A stretch of DNA of 64,000 nucleotides from Cyanidioschyzon merolae (lineage: Eukaryota): NCBI GenBank assembly GCA_000091205.1, contig AP006496.2. One strand, written 5' to 3'. This document shows, one piece after another, positions 46,179-57,547 of the stretch. The position numbers and the translations under genes were made by a program. The notes beneath the pieces are model-generated. The model ran no database searches, was not told where the DNA came from, and saw only the letters and a list, made by a program, of their open reading frames with translations. Position 1 is the stretch's first letter, and every line of letters begins with the position of its first letter.

Positions 46179-47015
46179 CGCAAACCGAGCGACATGGTAA
46201 GAGGCGTATCAGCTGCACCCGTTTGCGATTGAAATGGAACGCTGAACTGTTTGCGCTTTTCATCCATTTCGATCGCTTTTCCGAACTTTTTGGGCGTGGA
46301 TGGCCTTGATCGTCAAAAAAAGGCAGCAATAGGGGCTCACGGATGCATACACGGTAATAGGAATTTTGGGCGTTATTTCGAAGTTGCTCCTTTCGCTGTT
46401 TGGTTTTGGAATTCGTTATTGCTCCGGATTCCAGATCATTTGCGACGACCTCGAATAACGCATTCGTAACATACCTGAAATCATTATCCAAAACAAGCGC
46501 ACAAGCCCCAAATATTCTGAATTCCTTGCGTGTGGATGCTCAAAGCTCGCATTCCTCAAGTTTTCGATCTTTCTGTTTCAGGGCATCTCGCGGACGCAGC
46601 AACTTGTGCCGCTCGATCGACGACGAAAAGAAAGTCAACTTCGTTCCCTAGAGGACTTGTTCAAAAGCTGATGCCGAAACCTTACTGAGCGTGTCAAGTC
46701 TTGTATTCGATTCCGTCCGAGTTACAAATTCTTCCCGCAGAAAAGCCCTACGAGGCGACAGTCGGAAAAGAACTACACTTTCGTGCGTATGCCCGTGTAC
46801 GACATCCTCGTTGATTGTATGCTGATACGGGTAGAAAGGCGAGGCATCAGCGGCTAAGAGCGGTCTCTCCTCCCGCCAAAGTCGCTTTGAAGCTCTCCGC
46901 GCATCGTCTCGCCAAGTCCGCAAGCCTGCGAAGCGATTCCTGTTAGCACCGAACGTCGACATCCTGGCATCGCAGCTAACGTTGCGCAAGCGTTACCGAC
47001 AAAGGCCTTCCTTGT

Positions 47016-49034
47016 TTGTATCCCTTTTTCTTCATGAATCAGGCTCGACTGATGAACTTGATTAGAAGCGTAAAGACCCATGTTTGTGCGGGATCACTGC
47101 AGAAGAGCGTTTACAGAGGGCTTTTGAGGAGGCAGTGGCTTCGTCGCTCGAGCAGCGCCGCTTCCGAGCAACCGCCTGCGTCGACAACGGCCTCCACAGC
47201 GACTCCGAGTCGTTCAACCGTGAAGCCTACCACACGGAATCACCGTCTCTCGCTATGGTACGTCGCGCTTGTGGTGCCATCCCTGACTTTGGGTGGTGTG
47301 CTCGTCGCGCTGGACTTGAACGATGCGTTTCGAGCACGGGCAGAGCGGCTCCTGCCGGGAACGACGCGCTGGCTCAGCCAGCTTACCGGGAAACCGTATG
47401 GTCAATCAAGCGAGAAAGATAGGATTCACAAAGCGACGGTCCAGCGTTCCCGGCTGCTTCACGCGGCTGCTACGCAGCTGGACAACGAGTTGCGTCTCGA
47501 GGAGGCACCGCCAACGGACAAGTCGTTCATAGGTCACGAGTCAACCGATAGTATACGAGCAGACGCAGAAACTGCTGCGACGCAGATCGCCTCGCATGAG
47601 AAAGACATGTTGAACATCTCCGCTTCGGCTGGTTTCGAAGAAGCACAATCTTCTGAATCAGCTGAACTCCAGGGAGCTGCAGATGAGGGATCTGCTACAT
47701 CTTCAGCGCATGCCTCCACGACGCAGCAGATGACTGCAGCCGAGTCGAGCGAGCACGAGGAGGCTTCACCGGTCAGCACAAAGCAAGCAAGCGCTTTGAC
47801 ATCGACGAGCACCACGTTAAGCGCGTCCACAGAAGCAGAGGCAACTGCGCAGCATGCCCCAGACACATCCGAGTTGTCCGCGTCGCGGGAACATATCCTT
47901 CCAACTGCCGTGGAAATGCAAGCGCTTGTCGAGCAACTTAGTGTGCTAGTTTTGGCAGAAGCCCTACGTGTACGGGAACTTGTGAAACCCCTAGAGTCGC
48001 AGTCTAAGTCCGGGTTACTTGGCGGACGCGGAGCGAATCCGGTGGAGCAACGACGTCAGCTGGCTTTAATGCTCATGAAAGAGGAAACCGCTCTCCAGCA
48101 GGACCTGGAACGGGCCCTGCGGCGTCTGGAAAAGCACCTACGGCAAGCGCTGGAGCCCCAAATCCTTGCCCAACTGCGTCCGCAGTTCGAGAAGGCCTGG
48201 AGCGACCACGAGGCTCTGCTGCGGCAGCAGATGCAAGATGAGCTCGATACACAACGATTGGCACTGCAGCGTGAGCAGGTCGATCGACTTTTAGAGTTGC
48301 AAATGTTGATGGAGCGCGTGGAGGCTCGAGCGCTCCGCGACCGCCTCTACAAACAGTATGCACACTGGGCGCAACGGACTGCGCTGTTGTGGCAGGCTCT
48401 CGCTGTGCGGCTCACGCGGGGAGAGCCATTTTTCGCTGAACTTTCGGCTATGCAACAAGCCTGGCGCTCATTAGCAACCTCCAAAGAAAACCCTGAAAGT
48501 TCGCTCGATACTTGGCAACAGTCCGCCGCCTTGGTTGAGTGCGTGCTCTCGGGTTTGGCCCCTGCCATTGCGATGCAGGGTATACCACCAGCGAGCGCTC
48601 TCCAGGAACGTTTCCTCAATCACGTCTTTCCGGAGAGCCGAGTCGCAGCGCTCATGCCGGCCAATCGAGGGGTCTGGGGTTACTGGCTGGCAAGAATAGC
48701 TGCCTGGTTGAAGACCAATCGACTTGAAGAGAACCTTGACCAAGTCAGCGTCATCCAGATTCTGGACGCCGAAGACGCAAGAGCGGAAGAGCAAACAAAG
48801 CCAGGCACAGGTTTGGCGCTAACGATGGAGCAGCGGCTGCTGTGGGCTCGCCGTTGCGTGGAACGCGGTGATCTTCGGCACGCGCTCCAGCACCTTCAGC
48901 AGATTCCTGCAGACTCACTGGTCTCGCGAATCTGTAAGGATTGGATGACGCAAGTTGAGCGATATCTTGTGACCGAACAGGCAGTCCGGATTATTCGCGC
49001 GGAGTCTACGAGCGTTACCGCAGCTTTGTGTTAG
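47016..49034 (+). CDS. Mic60/mitofilin-like protein (MICOS core subunit), candidate.
   Basis: N-terminal presequence, then a single TM helix ('LWYVALVVPSLTLGGVLVALDL'), then a long acidic/coiled-coil region, then a C-terminal ~120-aa block ('...GVWGYWLARIAAWLK...LALTMEQRLLWARRCVERGDLRHALQHLQQI...') resembling the mitofilin domain. This is the canonical Mic60 topology. Similarity was judged by eye. Confidence 0.45.
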   Translation: MYPFFFMNQARLMNLIRSVKTHVCAGSLQKSVYRGLLRRQWLRRSSSAASEQPPASTTASTATPSRSTVKPTTRNHRLSLWYVALVVPSLTLGGVLVALDLNDAFRARAERLLPGTTRWLSQLTGKPYGQSSEKDRIHKATVQRSRLLHAAATQLDNELRLEEAPPTDKSFIGHESTDSIRADAETAATQIASHEKDMLNISASAGFEEAQSSESAELQGAADEGSATSSAHASTTQQMTAAESSEHEEASPVSTKQASALTSTSTTLSASTEAEATAQHAPDTSELSASREHILPTAVEMQALVEQLSVLVLAEALRVRELVKPLESQSKSGLLGGRGANPVEQRRQLALMLMKEETALQQDLERALRRLEKHLRQALEPQILAQLRPQFEKAWSDHEALLRQQMQDELDTQRLALQREQVDRLLELQMLMERVEARALRDRLYKQYAHWAQRTALLWQALAVRLTRGEPFFAELSAMQQAWRSLATSKENPESSLDTWQQSAALVECVLSGLAPAIAMQGIPPASALQERFLNHVFPESRVAALMPANRGVWGYWLARIAAWLKTNRLEENLDQVSVIQILDAEDARAEEQTKPGTGLALTMEQRLLWARRCVERGDLRHALQHLQQIPADSLVSRICKDWMTQVERYLVTEQAVRIIRAESTSVTAALC

Positions 49035-50197
49035 GCGAGTCTCGAGAGCGAGTGATCCTTTCCGAAGAAATTTTCATATGCAGCAATCGCCCCTGTAGTC
49101 TGCTGACGGAAGAAGCACATTCTCGAGCGGGCAAGGTGCCAATTTTCAGCACGGGATGCAGCTTGTCGACATGAATTGCGTTCTTTGGGAAGTAGACGCG
49201 GCTTCTCGATCGCTGATGCAGTCTGTTCTCGGCGAGCAGCGGCATCGCTCGCGAGTGAGCCATGCTCGTTGATCCTTCAACGACCTGGAATGATCTGCTC
49301 TCGCGGGCACACCTTTCACAGGTGAGCACGAATGAAACCTAGATTTCTTCCGGTACGGCGATATCGCTCGCTTCTTCACTGGTGTCCGCGCTGGGCAGGC
49401 TCGCCAAAGCCGCTAACGCTCTCCAGCGCAGTGCAACGGCTTCCAGGGTACCTCGCTGTCCACTTGGAGTATCCCATCCGAATGCAATGACGTTATCGGT
49501 AGTGTATACTAGATTCAGTCGTCTCCAGTCATGATCGGAGCCAGGAGCAGCGCTGCTTGGACCGATGACGGTAAACTGGGGGCAGTCTGTCGGACACGGA
49601 CCGCATGTCGGGCTAACGGACTCGTTCAGGGTGACCTGCTCGCCACAGAGGCGGTGACCTCGGAACGAACTCTCCCAGAGTTCACTTTCTGGTCCCTGTT
49701 GCTGTCCGGTGTCCGTGGCGCTCTTCCGCACAACCCAGTATGCCACGGAGTGCGCGGTCAGCGCACCGTCCCGAGCTATTGTACAGGGTAGACGAAAGAG
49801 ACCCTCTGACATGTGACTCGACTCCTCGGAAGCAAAAGCCCTCTCTCACGCTGCTGCGATGTGGTAAACCGTGTGTTGTTTTCGACGATGTGTCTTCTCG
49901 CGCGAGCAAGTCCCTGAAAGCAACAGTGTTCTTCTACAGTGCCGAGTTTTCGTGGACTACTCGGCGTTTCCGAAGTCGTACCTTCGCAAACAAGCGTGTC
50001 AATTCCTTGGAAGCAACAGGTTTATTCTTGACTGTCAAGTTCGTGTCACCGGATGCAAAGCCCAGCACAAAACCCGGAGCAAGTTCACCGGACCTTTCGA
50101 GCCTGTTCGGGGCTGTCGACTTGCACCGCTGCGCTCGCCGCTCGACGCCTTGTTCTGTTTTATGCGCTGCACACAAGCGAGACTGCGTTCTCCGTAA

Positions 50198-51145
50198 GTG
50201 GTTCTATGCTGCATGCACCCAGCCGCAGCACAACCTTCACGAATTGTCGTGTGCATTCATGGGTTTGGCGGATTCCGCTGGCAACTCGTACCGCTCGCGA
50301 GCTCCCTCAAGCGCTGCGGCTTCAACGTGTACAACTACGGCTACGCTGCCCGAAAGCACACGCTTGAGGAGCATGGACTGCACTTGGCAGCGTTCCTCGC
50401 TTCTATTGCCACTGAGTCCGGTCTCAGATCAGACGCTTTTCCGACACGACTCGGTTCCATCTCCTTCGTAACACATAGCTTCGGTGGCGTGGTGCTGCGG
50501 GAGGCGCTCACGGGTACCGCCTGGCACACGGCACGCTTGACGCCAGAGGCTGCACGTCGAGGGCGAGCAGTCTGTCTGGGACCACCGTTTGGTGGTGTTG
50601 CACTTGCCCGAGCGCTTCGACACCGTGAGGCTCACGGCCGAATGCCGTATCGAATTATCGAACGGCTTGCGAGGACACTACTGGGGCCTGCCGCGGGTCG
50701 TGAGTTGCTCGAAATGCCTGCCGAATGGTTTCTCCGCCGAGGAGGCATGCCCGATTCCATGCCTGTGTTGGTGATTGCCGGCGACATGGGACCCATTAAC
50801 CCACTTATTACGCGAACGCGGTCTCCCGAGGTCCGGTCCCAAGAGTCTGCATGGGGGCGTGGACAAATTATCAGCAGTGCAGCGTCGGAGGTTGCACCAA
50901 GTGATGGTATTGTGGGCGTTCATGAGACCTGGCTACCGAGTCGACATTGGTTCCTGCGGGTGCGGCTGCCTCATCACATGTTATTGTATGCGCCGTCTGT
51001 CATGGAGGCAACAGCGCAGTTCCTGCTCGCACAAGGTGATGATGCGTTGTTTGACTACAAACTCGCTGGTGTTGCGTTCAGGAACGAGAGGTACAAAGTA
51101 GCCGGAGACCCGGATACGGAAGCCGAGAGCACTGATCGACGTTGA
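50198..51145 (+). CDS. Alpha/beta hydrolase-fold protein (putative serine esterase/lipase, DUF676/PGAP1-like).
   Basis: 'IVVCIHGFGGFRWQ' is an HG oxyanion-hole-type start. 'SFVTHSFGGVVLR' is a nucleophile elbow of the HSxGG type. There are later conserved Asp and His residues. Confidence 0.5.
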   Translation: MVLCCMHPAAAQPSRIVVCIHGFGGFRWQLVPLASSLKRCGFNVYNYGYAARKHTLEEHGLHLAAFLASIATESGLRSDAFPTRLGSISFVTHSFGGVVLREALTGTAWHTARLTPEAARRGRAVCLGPPFGGVALARALRHREAHGRMPYRIIERLARTLLGPAAGRELLEMPAEWFLRRGGMPDSMPVLVIAGDMGPINPLITRTRSPEVRSQESAWGRGQIISSAASEVAPSDGIVGVHETWLPSRHWFLRVRLPHHMLLYAPSVMEATAQFLLAQGDDALFDYKLAGVAFRNERYKVAGDPDTEAESTDRR

Positions 51146-51273
51146 GCTAGTGTATGGAAGGTCGTTCTTGTGCAACTATTCGGAAGCACTAAGGCACGGC
51201 GTTGTGAACGGTGAGGCGTCGGCGCGAAATCCTCCAGACTGCCGCAAAGCTCTCTGCCGACCGCAAGGACCTG

Positions 51274-51374
51274 CATCTTCGTAGTCACGCGGTGTCCACG
51301 AAAGGATGACTATGCTGCGACCTTCATCTTCGTAGTCACGCGGTGTCCACGAAAGGATGACTATGCTGCGACCT
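51274..51374. repeat. Perfect tandem duplication of 51 bp x2.
   Basis: 'catcttcgtagtcacgcggtgtccacgaaaggatgactatgctgcgacct' occurs at 51274-51323 and again at 51325-51374. Confidence 0.9.
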
Positions 51375-51911
51375 GTCACCTGCTCGGGATCCGAGCCGCT
51401 CAGCGCCGAGCGCTGGTCAAGGACGCGAATGCGAGCTTCTTCTCTGTTCGATGCTGCATTCAGGAAAGACTTTAGGGGGCGTTCTACGTGGCATTAGGAA
51501 TGGCGACGCTCGGGATGGCCTCTTTCCGCAGCGGTTTGTTGTTCTACCAATACGAGCCTCTGTGCCTTGCAGCGGTTCCCGTTATCGAATGAAGCTTTTA
51601 CGAAGCAGATCTCAGCGGGAAACGCGGTAACTGTCGCAGTGTAGCGACGTCTCGAAAACTCGCATGTTCGGCGTGTTACGCGGCATCATCACAAAGCGAG
51701 GTTCTGGACACTGGCGATATATCGCCGAGTTTTGACTTGTTTCCAGAACATTTTCTTCGATTGACGAGCTTCAGCAGGCATGGAGTTGGGTCCTGCTTTA
51801 GAAGTCGGTGCTGCTCGCGAAACTTATGCCGCGGTCAGCACAGCGCTTCTGTGACGGGGAGCATGCAAGTCAGCTGGCTAGTCGCATTACTTTGCAGTGG
51901 ATCACGCTGCC

Positions 51912-52613
51912 TTACACGTTGAAATTGCTAGTCGAGTTATCCACAGATGAGCTGTTGTTCCAGAGAGGCTCCTCATCGAAGATGGACTCAGCCGAAGTGA
52001 GGAACTGGGCGAGGCTCGGCCCCGGCAGCGACCTGGATGCACGTCGAGCTCGCTTCACCACAGATGATTTTGCGCTTGTATCTGTCAACTTGTATGGAAG
52101 TGTCTCGTGCTCTGTGCGGACGTTACGCGGGTTCTGCATCTCTTGCATAAACCCAGTGATAGCTGCGTCAAGTTCGTCCGGGACGGAGCTCGGATTCTCG
52201 TGCGCTTGTGGCGCTATCAGGTCTGCATTTCGAACGAGCAGAGGTTCTGTTGAGTCGCTGCTCTCCAAGCTATATAGATGGGCATCTTTTCTCGGTCGGA
52301 GGGCGAACCTAGCGCGACACCGAGGACAGCACAGCAGGTACCGCCAGTTGCGGTGCTCCGATGGAGCGTGCACCGCAGTACTCGACTCTCGCCGAACGGT
52401 TAGCTTGCGTCCCCGCTGTATATAAGTCTGACACCGTAAACACTGCAGTGTGTAGGGCAGTACCAGTCGTTTCCGTTGCTGGGTCGTTGTGAGCACCGGG
52501 TGCGGGTGACGTTCCGAAACGGACGAAAACGGTGTTTGTGCGTCCGCTCCCCGTTTACGTTCTGTGCCAGGTGGCTCTGCGTTCATGTCCGAAATCTGTC
52601 GTCTGGAACACAA
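51912..52613 (-). CDS. Yju2/CWC16 (CCDC94/CCDC130) family splicing factor, candidate.
   Basis: The N-terminal 'RLVLPYTLQCLRCQTYIQRGRKLTVRRE...HRNWRYLLCCPRCRARFALRPRKDAHLY' matches the Yju2 pattern '[26 protein letters not shown]...[25 protein letters not shown]', i.e. two CxxC pairs with the same spacing. The C-terminus is basic and low-complexity. Confidence 0.5.
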   Translation of the reverse strand: MCSRRQISDMNAEPPGTERKRGADAQTPFSSVSERHPHPVLTTTQQRKRLVLPYTLQCLRCQTYIQRGRKLTVRRESSTAVHAPSEHRNWRYLLCCPRCRARFALRPRKDAHLYSLESSDSTEPLLVRNADLIAPQAHENPSSVPDELDAAITGFMQEMQNPRNVRTEHETLPYKLTDTSAKSSVVKRARRASRSLPGPSLAQFLTSAESIFDEEPLWNNSSSVDNSTSNFNV

Positions 52614-53774
52614 TTTTTACATGCGTCGAGCGCTCGCATAGTAAATAATGCCCTGCGAGGGTTCACAATGAACGCAGAAACTCTGAAATCCTGTCCTCAG
52701 CAACGGCGACGAAGCAGCTTGTCTACAGTGCGGCTCGTTGCTCACACGCAGCAGGTGTGCGTACTGGCGGAGGTGTCCAGCAAGTCACCTCAGAGGCAGC
52801 CAAGGTATTGTCGTTTCGTGCGCCGTCAAAGCTAATCTAAAGTCGGCGGGGCTTGGACGACCCTACGCGTCATTGTCCTGAAGGTCGAGAACAGCAATAT
52901 TCGCTGCACGATGCACCGACTGGAGAGCGATGTACGGATATACCGGTGAATGGGTGAGGGCTTCGTAGCGCACCTGCGGTACACCTGCTTGCTGGATGCT
53001 GCACAGAGCAGGCAAGGATATTCGTCTATGTCGATGCATGGAGTAGTTCTCGGTTGCATACCTGTTGAGCATCTTCCTCGGAAGACGATGTACATCTCAC
53101 TTGCAGCATGCGCTCGCCCCGATGGCAGACTCGCAAGCGCAGCACAGAAACTTGTGACTCGCAATATTCTGAGTCACTGAGCAAGCGGCAAGTCTGAGGG
53201 CACTTATTTGACAAGTGCACTGGAGAGGCACTCGTCTCGACACCGAAGAGTAGGAAATATCTGGATAGTCCTCAGCATGCGTCCAGTTGGTTGTGCGAGC
53301 CATTAGCGGATAGCGCTCAGTGGTCATCCTGAGGAACTTCCCCGTGATTATAAAAGTTACAGCGGTGACGGCCAGAGATTCACCTCGGAGGTTGTGGAAT
53401 AAGTTGATTCGTTTTCTAGATCAGCAGAGAACTCTTCCCATCTCACTCGTTCCAATGCAGCCGTACGGTAATATGATAGAGTCATTCCTCATGTACCTGC
53501 AGAGTGAGTATCCAGAGCTTGGTCTTTACGATGTGCTTCAAACTTTATAAGAGATGCCAGAACGCGTCTGGAAACGTGCCGAACACTCCAATGTGCTCGT
53601 CTTTCTTTCAAACCGAGGAGAGAGCCTCACGCCCCAACCGCGATACATCCGAGCCTCCGTCATGCTAGGCGGAACACGGCGGTCGAGGCTCAGGAGCTAT
53701 ATCGAGCCGTTTGCGTTTCGGGGGCCTTGATCTGGGCACTCGGCCGCTATCATTGACAGCTCCCTAGGAAACGC

Positions 53775-56147
53775 TTGAACATGTCCAAGCATCGTGGACG
53801 GGATCAAAAACGTGAGCCTCAAGAGCCGCAACGGCTGCTGCAGATGCACCAGAGCTATGCGCAGCTTTGGTCGCCTCCTTTGCCCAGAGTGACTGAACTG
53901 CGGTCTGCGGGGCCAGCAACACCGCCTCGGGTATACGTTGCAGCTCGGAGCACTTCAATGCCTGCAGCTCACGATAGAGGTTATGCTTTTTTGACGTCAT
54001 GGTCACCGAGTCTATCTCATCTAAGGCGGTTCACGCCTCAGCGAGGCTGGAGACAGCCCACACGTCGTTTCCAACGGACTTGCTCCGGGGCTGGGCGCCA
54101 GTACCAGACCGCTCGTCAGCGTCCTGAGCGGCACGGAGCACCACAGCTGAGCGCTAACGTAGACGATGGAGCAGCTGCAGTTGCTACTGCAGCTCCGGAG
54201 ATACGCACAGCTTTTGACGCACTCGTCATAGGTTCCGGGATTGGTGGACTGGTCACAGCGACGCAGCTGGCCCAGAGAGGCGCCAAAGTCGCTGTATTTG
54301 AGCGTTATTTGATTCCAGGAGGCTCCGCTGGTTTTTTTCGGCGCGGTGGCTACACTTTCGACGTGGGAGCATCCATGATCTTTGGCCTCGGAGAACAGCC
54401 TGGCTCCACGAACCTGCTAACTAAGGCACTCGCTGCAGTTGGCGAACACCTGGAAACCATCCCCGACCCGGTACAGATTCATTACCATTGCCCTGATCCT
54501 GTGCTGCAACATCTCCTTGTCTATCGAGATGAAAAGCGATGGCTGCAAGCGCTCACGGAGCGCTTTCCTGCAGAAAAAGAGGGGATTCATCGTTTCTACG
54601 GCGAGTGCTGGCAAGTGTTTCGAGCACTCAATGCATTGGAGCTGCGCTCTCTCGAGGAGCCTCGTTACCTCTTGCGAGTTTTTCGCCAAAATCCTGGTGC
54701 TTGTTTCACGCTCCTGCGCTACCTCGGGGTCAATGTCGGTACGATCGCTCGCAGGCACATCCGCGATGAGACCTTGCTCCGTTTTATCGATATTGATTGT
54801 TATGTATGGTCGGTGATGCCCGCGGATCGCACCCCAATGATCAATGCCGGTATGGTCTTCTGTGATCGCCACTATGGAGGCGTCAACTACCCTCGTGGCG
54901 GTGTAGGCCAGATTGCCCAGCGGCTTGCTGCAGGTCTCGAGAGGTGCTTTCCAGGCTGCAAGGTCTTTTACGGTGCTCGTGTGACCGAGATAGAGATGAT
55001 GTCGGATCCTAGTGCTCCAGGTGGCAAACGAGCGGTAGGCGTTCGGCTCGCGGATGGCAGGCGTTTTCGAGCCAGAGCTATTATTTCGAATGCAACACGC
55101 TGGGACACGTTTGGCCTTGAGCCAGAGACGGTGCAGGAAGTGGCTAGTGCGACCACCGCAGCGCATGCCTCGCTTCCGGTAGCAGCAGCGGTCGTTGCTG
55201 ACACACCAACACGCGGCAGCGTCGCGGACAACTCGGGAACGGTATTAGAAGCGCTGCTGCCTCAGAAGAGCCGTTCGTATGAACCTGCCGTATCGCCGGA
55301 ATTTTCATCACCCACGACGACAGTTTCTTCGCATGATCGCAAGACTGGAGAGCACTTTAGAGCTGCTGCAGCTGTTTCTGGAGCAGGCGCGCAAGAGTTT
55401 AGGCCAGGACGACGGGCACTCGTGAACGCTGAACACGTTCCGGAAATAGAGCGTCTCTGGTCGCAACTCTACGTGAAAGCACCTTCTTTCCTGTCGGTGC
55501 ATATCGGCGTTAGGAGAGATGCGCTCTCAAATAAGGATGGCAACCTCGAGGACTGCCATCATATCATTCTGGAGCGCTGGGAGGATATGGAGACAGCGCA
55601 TGGCGCGCTGGGCACGCTGTTTGTTTCGATACCCACAGTTCTCGACCAGAGCGTTGCCCCCGAGGGCCGCCACATCTTTCACGTCTTTACGCCATCGTGG
55701 ATGGAGGAGTGGAAACATTTATCGCCGACCGCGTACCGGGAGCAGAAGGAGCGCTATGCGGCGCGACTGTTGGAGCGTCTCGAGCCCCATTTTCCTGGAC
55801 TTGCTGCAGGCATCGAGGAAATGCATGTGGGGACGCCTCGCACGCACCGGCGTTTTCTAGGTAGGCAAGACGGAACCTACGGTCCAATGACGCATCGCCT
55901 GCTTCAAGGCTTATTCACGATGCCTTTCAACTGTACTGCAGTGCGTGGTCTGTACTGCGTCGGTGATAGCTCGTTTCCCGGCCAGGGTCTCAATGCGGTA
56001 GCGTTCAGCGGTTTCGCTGCTGCGCACCGAGTCGCTGCCGACTTGGGCCTGGAGCCGCGTTTACCGAAGTTCATTGACGATTGGCTTGTTGACTTGATTG
56101 CGATCAAGCGCGTGAACTGGTTTAGTCGCAGAATGCTTCGCACTTGA
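53775..56147 (+). CDS. CRTISO: Carotenoid isomerase-like FAD-dependent oxidoreductase (CRTISO/CrtH family) with a long N-terminal extension and a ~150-aa internal low-complexity insert.
   Basis: Rossmann/FAD motif and family core 'FDALVIGSGIGGLVTATQLAQRGAKVAVFERYLIPGGSAGFFRRGGYTFDVGASMIFG...NLLTKALAAVGEHLETIPDP' closely resemble plant CRTISO. The C-terminal 'GLYCVGDSSFPGQGLNAVAFSGFAAAHRVAADLGL' is the conserved CRTISO end. An Ala/Ser/Thr-rich insert (~aa 455-600) interrupts the domain. Confidence 0.8.
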   Translation: MNMSKHRGRDQKREPQEPQRLLQMHQSYAQLWSPPLPRVTELRSAGPATPPRVYVAARSTSMPAAHDRGYAFLTSWSPSLSHLRRFTPQRGWRQPTRRFQRTCSGAGRQYQTARQRPERHGAPQLSANVDDGAAAVATAAPEIRTAFDALVIGSGIGGLVTATQLAQRGAKVAVFERYLIPGGSAGFFRRGGYTFDVGASMIFGLGEQPGSTNLLTKALAAVGEHLETIPDPVQIHYHCPDPVLQHLLVYRDEKRWLQALTERFPAEKEGIHRFYGECWQVFRALNALELRSLEEPRYLLRVFRQNPGACFTLLRYLGVNVGTIARRHIRDETLLRFIDIDCYVWSVMPADRTPMINAGMVFCDRHYGGVNYPRGGVGQIAQRLAAGLERCFPGCKVFYGARVTEIEMMSDPSAPGGKRAVGVRLADGRRFRARAIISNATRWDTFGLEPETVQEVASATTAAHASLPVAAAVVADTPTRGSVADNSGTVLEALLPQKSRSYEPAVSPEFSSPTTTVSSHDRKTGEHFRAAAAVSGAGAQEFRPGRRALVNAEHVPEIERLWSQLYVKAPSFLSVHIGVRRDALSNKDGNLEDCHHIILERWEDMETAHGALGTLFVSIPTVLDQSVAPEGRHIFHVFTPSWMEEWKHLSPTAYREQKERYAARLLERLEPHFPGLAAGIEEMHVGTPRTHRRFLGRQDGTYGPMTHRLLQGLFTMPFNCTAVRGLYCVGDSSFPGQGLNAVAFSGFAAAHRVAADLGLEPRLPKFIDDWLVDLIAIKRVNWFSRRMLRT

Positions 56148-57547
56148 GTCAGCGTTTGCTACTGCCAAAGCCACAAGTTTTTTCGCTTCGTGTGTGTAAA
56201 CGGAAGACATCGATTCCAGTGCACTGCTTCGGAAAGTGATATGTGCTCGATCTCATAAACGGGCATTCATGTTGTTGAGAGGTTTTGACGCTGACCAGAG
56301 TCCGTGTAAACGCTGAATCCGATGAAGAGTCTGGCGGAACGGTGCAATGAAGGTCTACGACCGCTTCCTCGCGCGAGCGCCATCTGTCCGTCGTGGCGAT
56401 GTAGACTTTGGTATGTTGAGAAACAAAAGTTTCTCTATGAACAGCTCTGGTCATATGATGTGCTGCTGCGCATGCTGCTCTGAAGCGAAATGTGGTCGCC
56501 TACATGCACCGGCGTCGAGTCGTCCACGTTTCATGCCGACACCCTCCAGAAGAAGCGATCCAGCGTTGCTATTCTTTAAAAGCAAGTTGCCCACAGTGGT
56601 GTGTTCAGCGCAGTTGCGGGCAAGCACTAAGCGCATGGCTTCTAGAGGAGCAGACGAGCGAGTCAGAATGTCCCAGGAAGAAGCTCGACTTTGCTTGCTG
56701 GAAATAAAAGTATCTGTGGAGGGGTTATAGTTGCGGCTTCGATAAACAGCAGTGTTTACGACTCTGGGAGCGTGTTGATGGACTCAAGGGTCTTGTATTT
56801 CGAAAAGATTGCATGAATCAACGCGAGCACCAGTTTATGTATCCATACAAGCAACTATATCTGCATAGGTAAATGCATCAACGAAAGCATTTAGATATGG
56901 AAGCATTTAGATATCCATCTATGCATGTAGCTCATTGTTCGCTACATGTGGCACATTGGCGGGTGTCTGCGTATTCCTTTTATAAAAAGTGCACGAAAGA
57001 AACGTTCCTTCGCTGCAACCGGCAACAGGCGTTTTGGCGAGTTTTCATCCTCGCAGCTGGCTTGTAATGCGCCCGCTCTCGGGGGTGCATACGTGCAGTG
57101 CATTCCAAACCTGCTTTCGGGACGTTCATTCGCTTCTTCTGCGCATTCGCATATCAACTAGAGAGCTCTTCATCAGCTGCCAGATCCAAGACTGCCGGTT
57201 CGTCATAGCTCCTTGTCGTGGAGGCTCCCGCGCTGTGTAGGATGCGCTTCTCTAAGAATCATGTGGCTCTCTCTACGTTCCTCCGCCGCACACCAGAGAG
57301 CGCAACCCTGGTCGCGCAGCACAACTGCTTCTGAAGTAGCTACGAACAGCAGGTCTTTACTCGGCTGTGAAAACTTGTCCGCTTTTTGAGCAGCGTCGTT
57401 TCGGGGCGGGAGAAAAACCCACTGCGCCATGCTGAACGATCGCAAAGCAGGCGGGTATGCACTTGGCTTACGTCATGAGCTTTGTCGCTGGAACGCATGG
57501 AATACGCCAAATGCTTCTCGATTTGGTCTCGAACGTAAATGTCCTCG

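Noticed and set aside
54417-55166. 249-aa minus-strand ORF; likewise 42489-43118 and 43332-43817 antisense to beta-tubulin, 51808-52425 antisense to the Yju2-like gene, and 37593-38275 antisense to dynamin.
   Set aside because: These are antisense to strongly supported genes. High GC content produces long spurious open frames.
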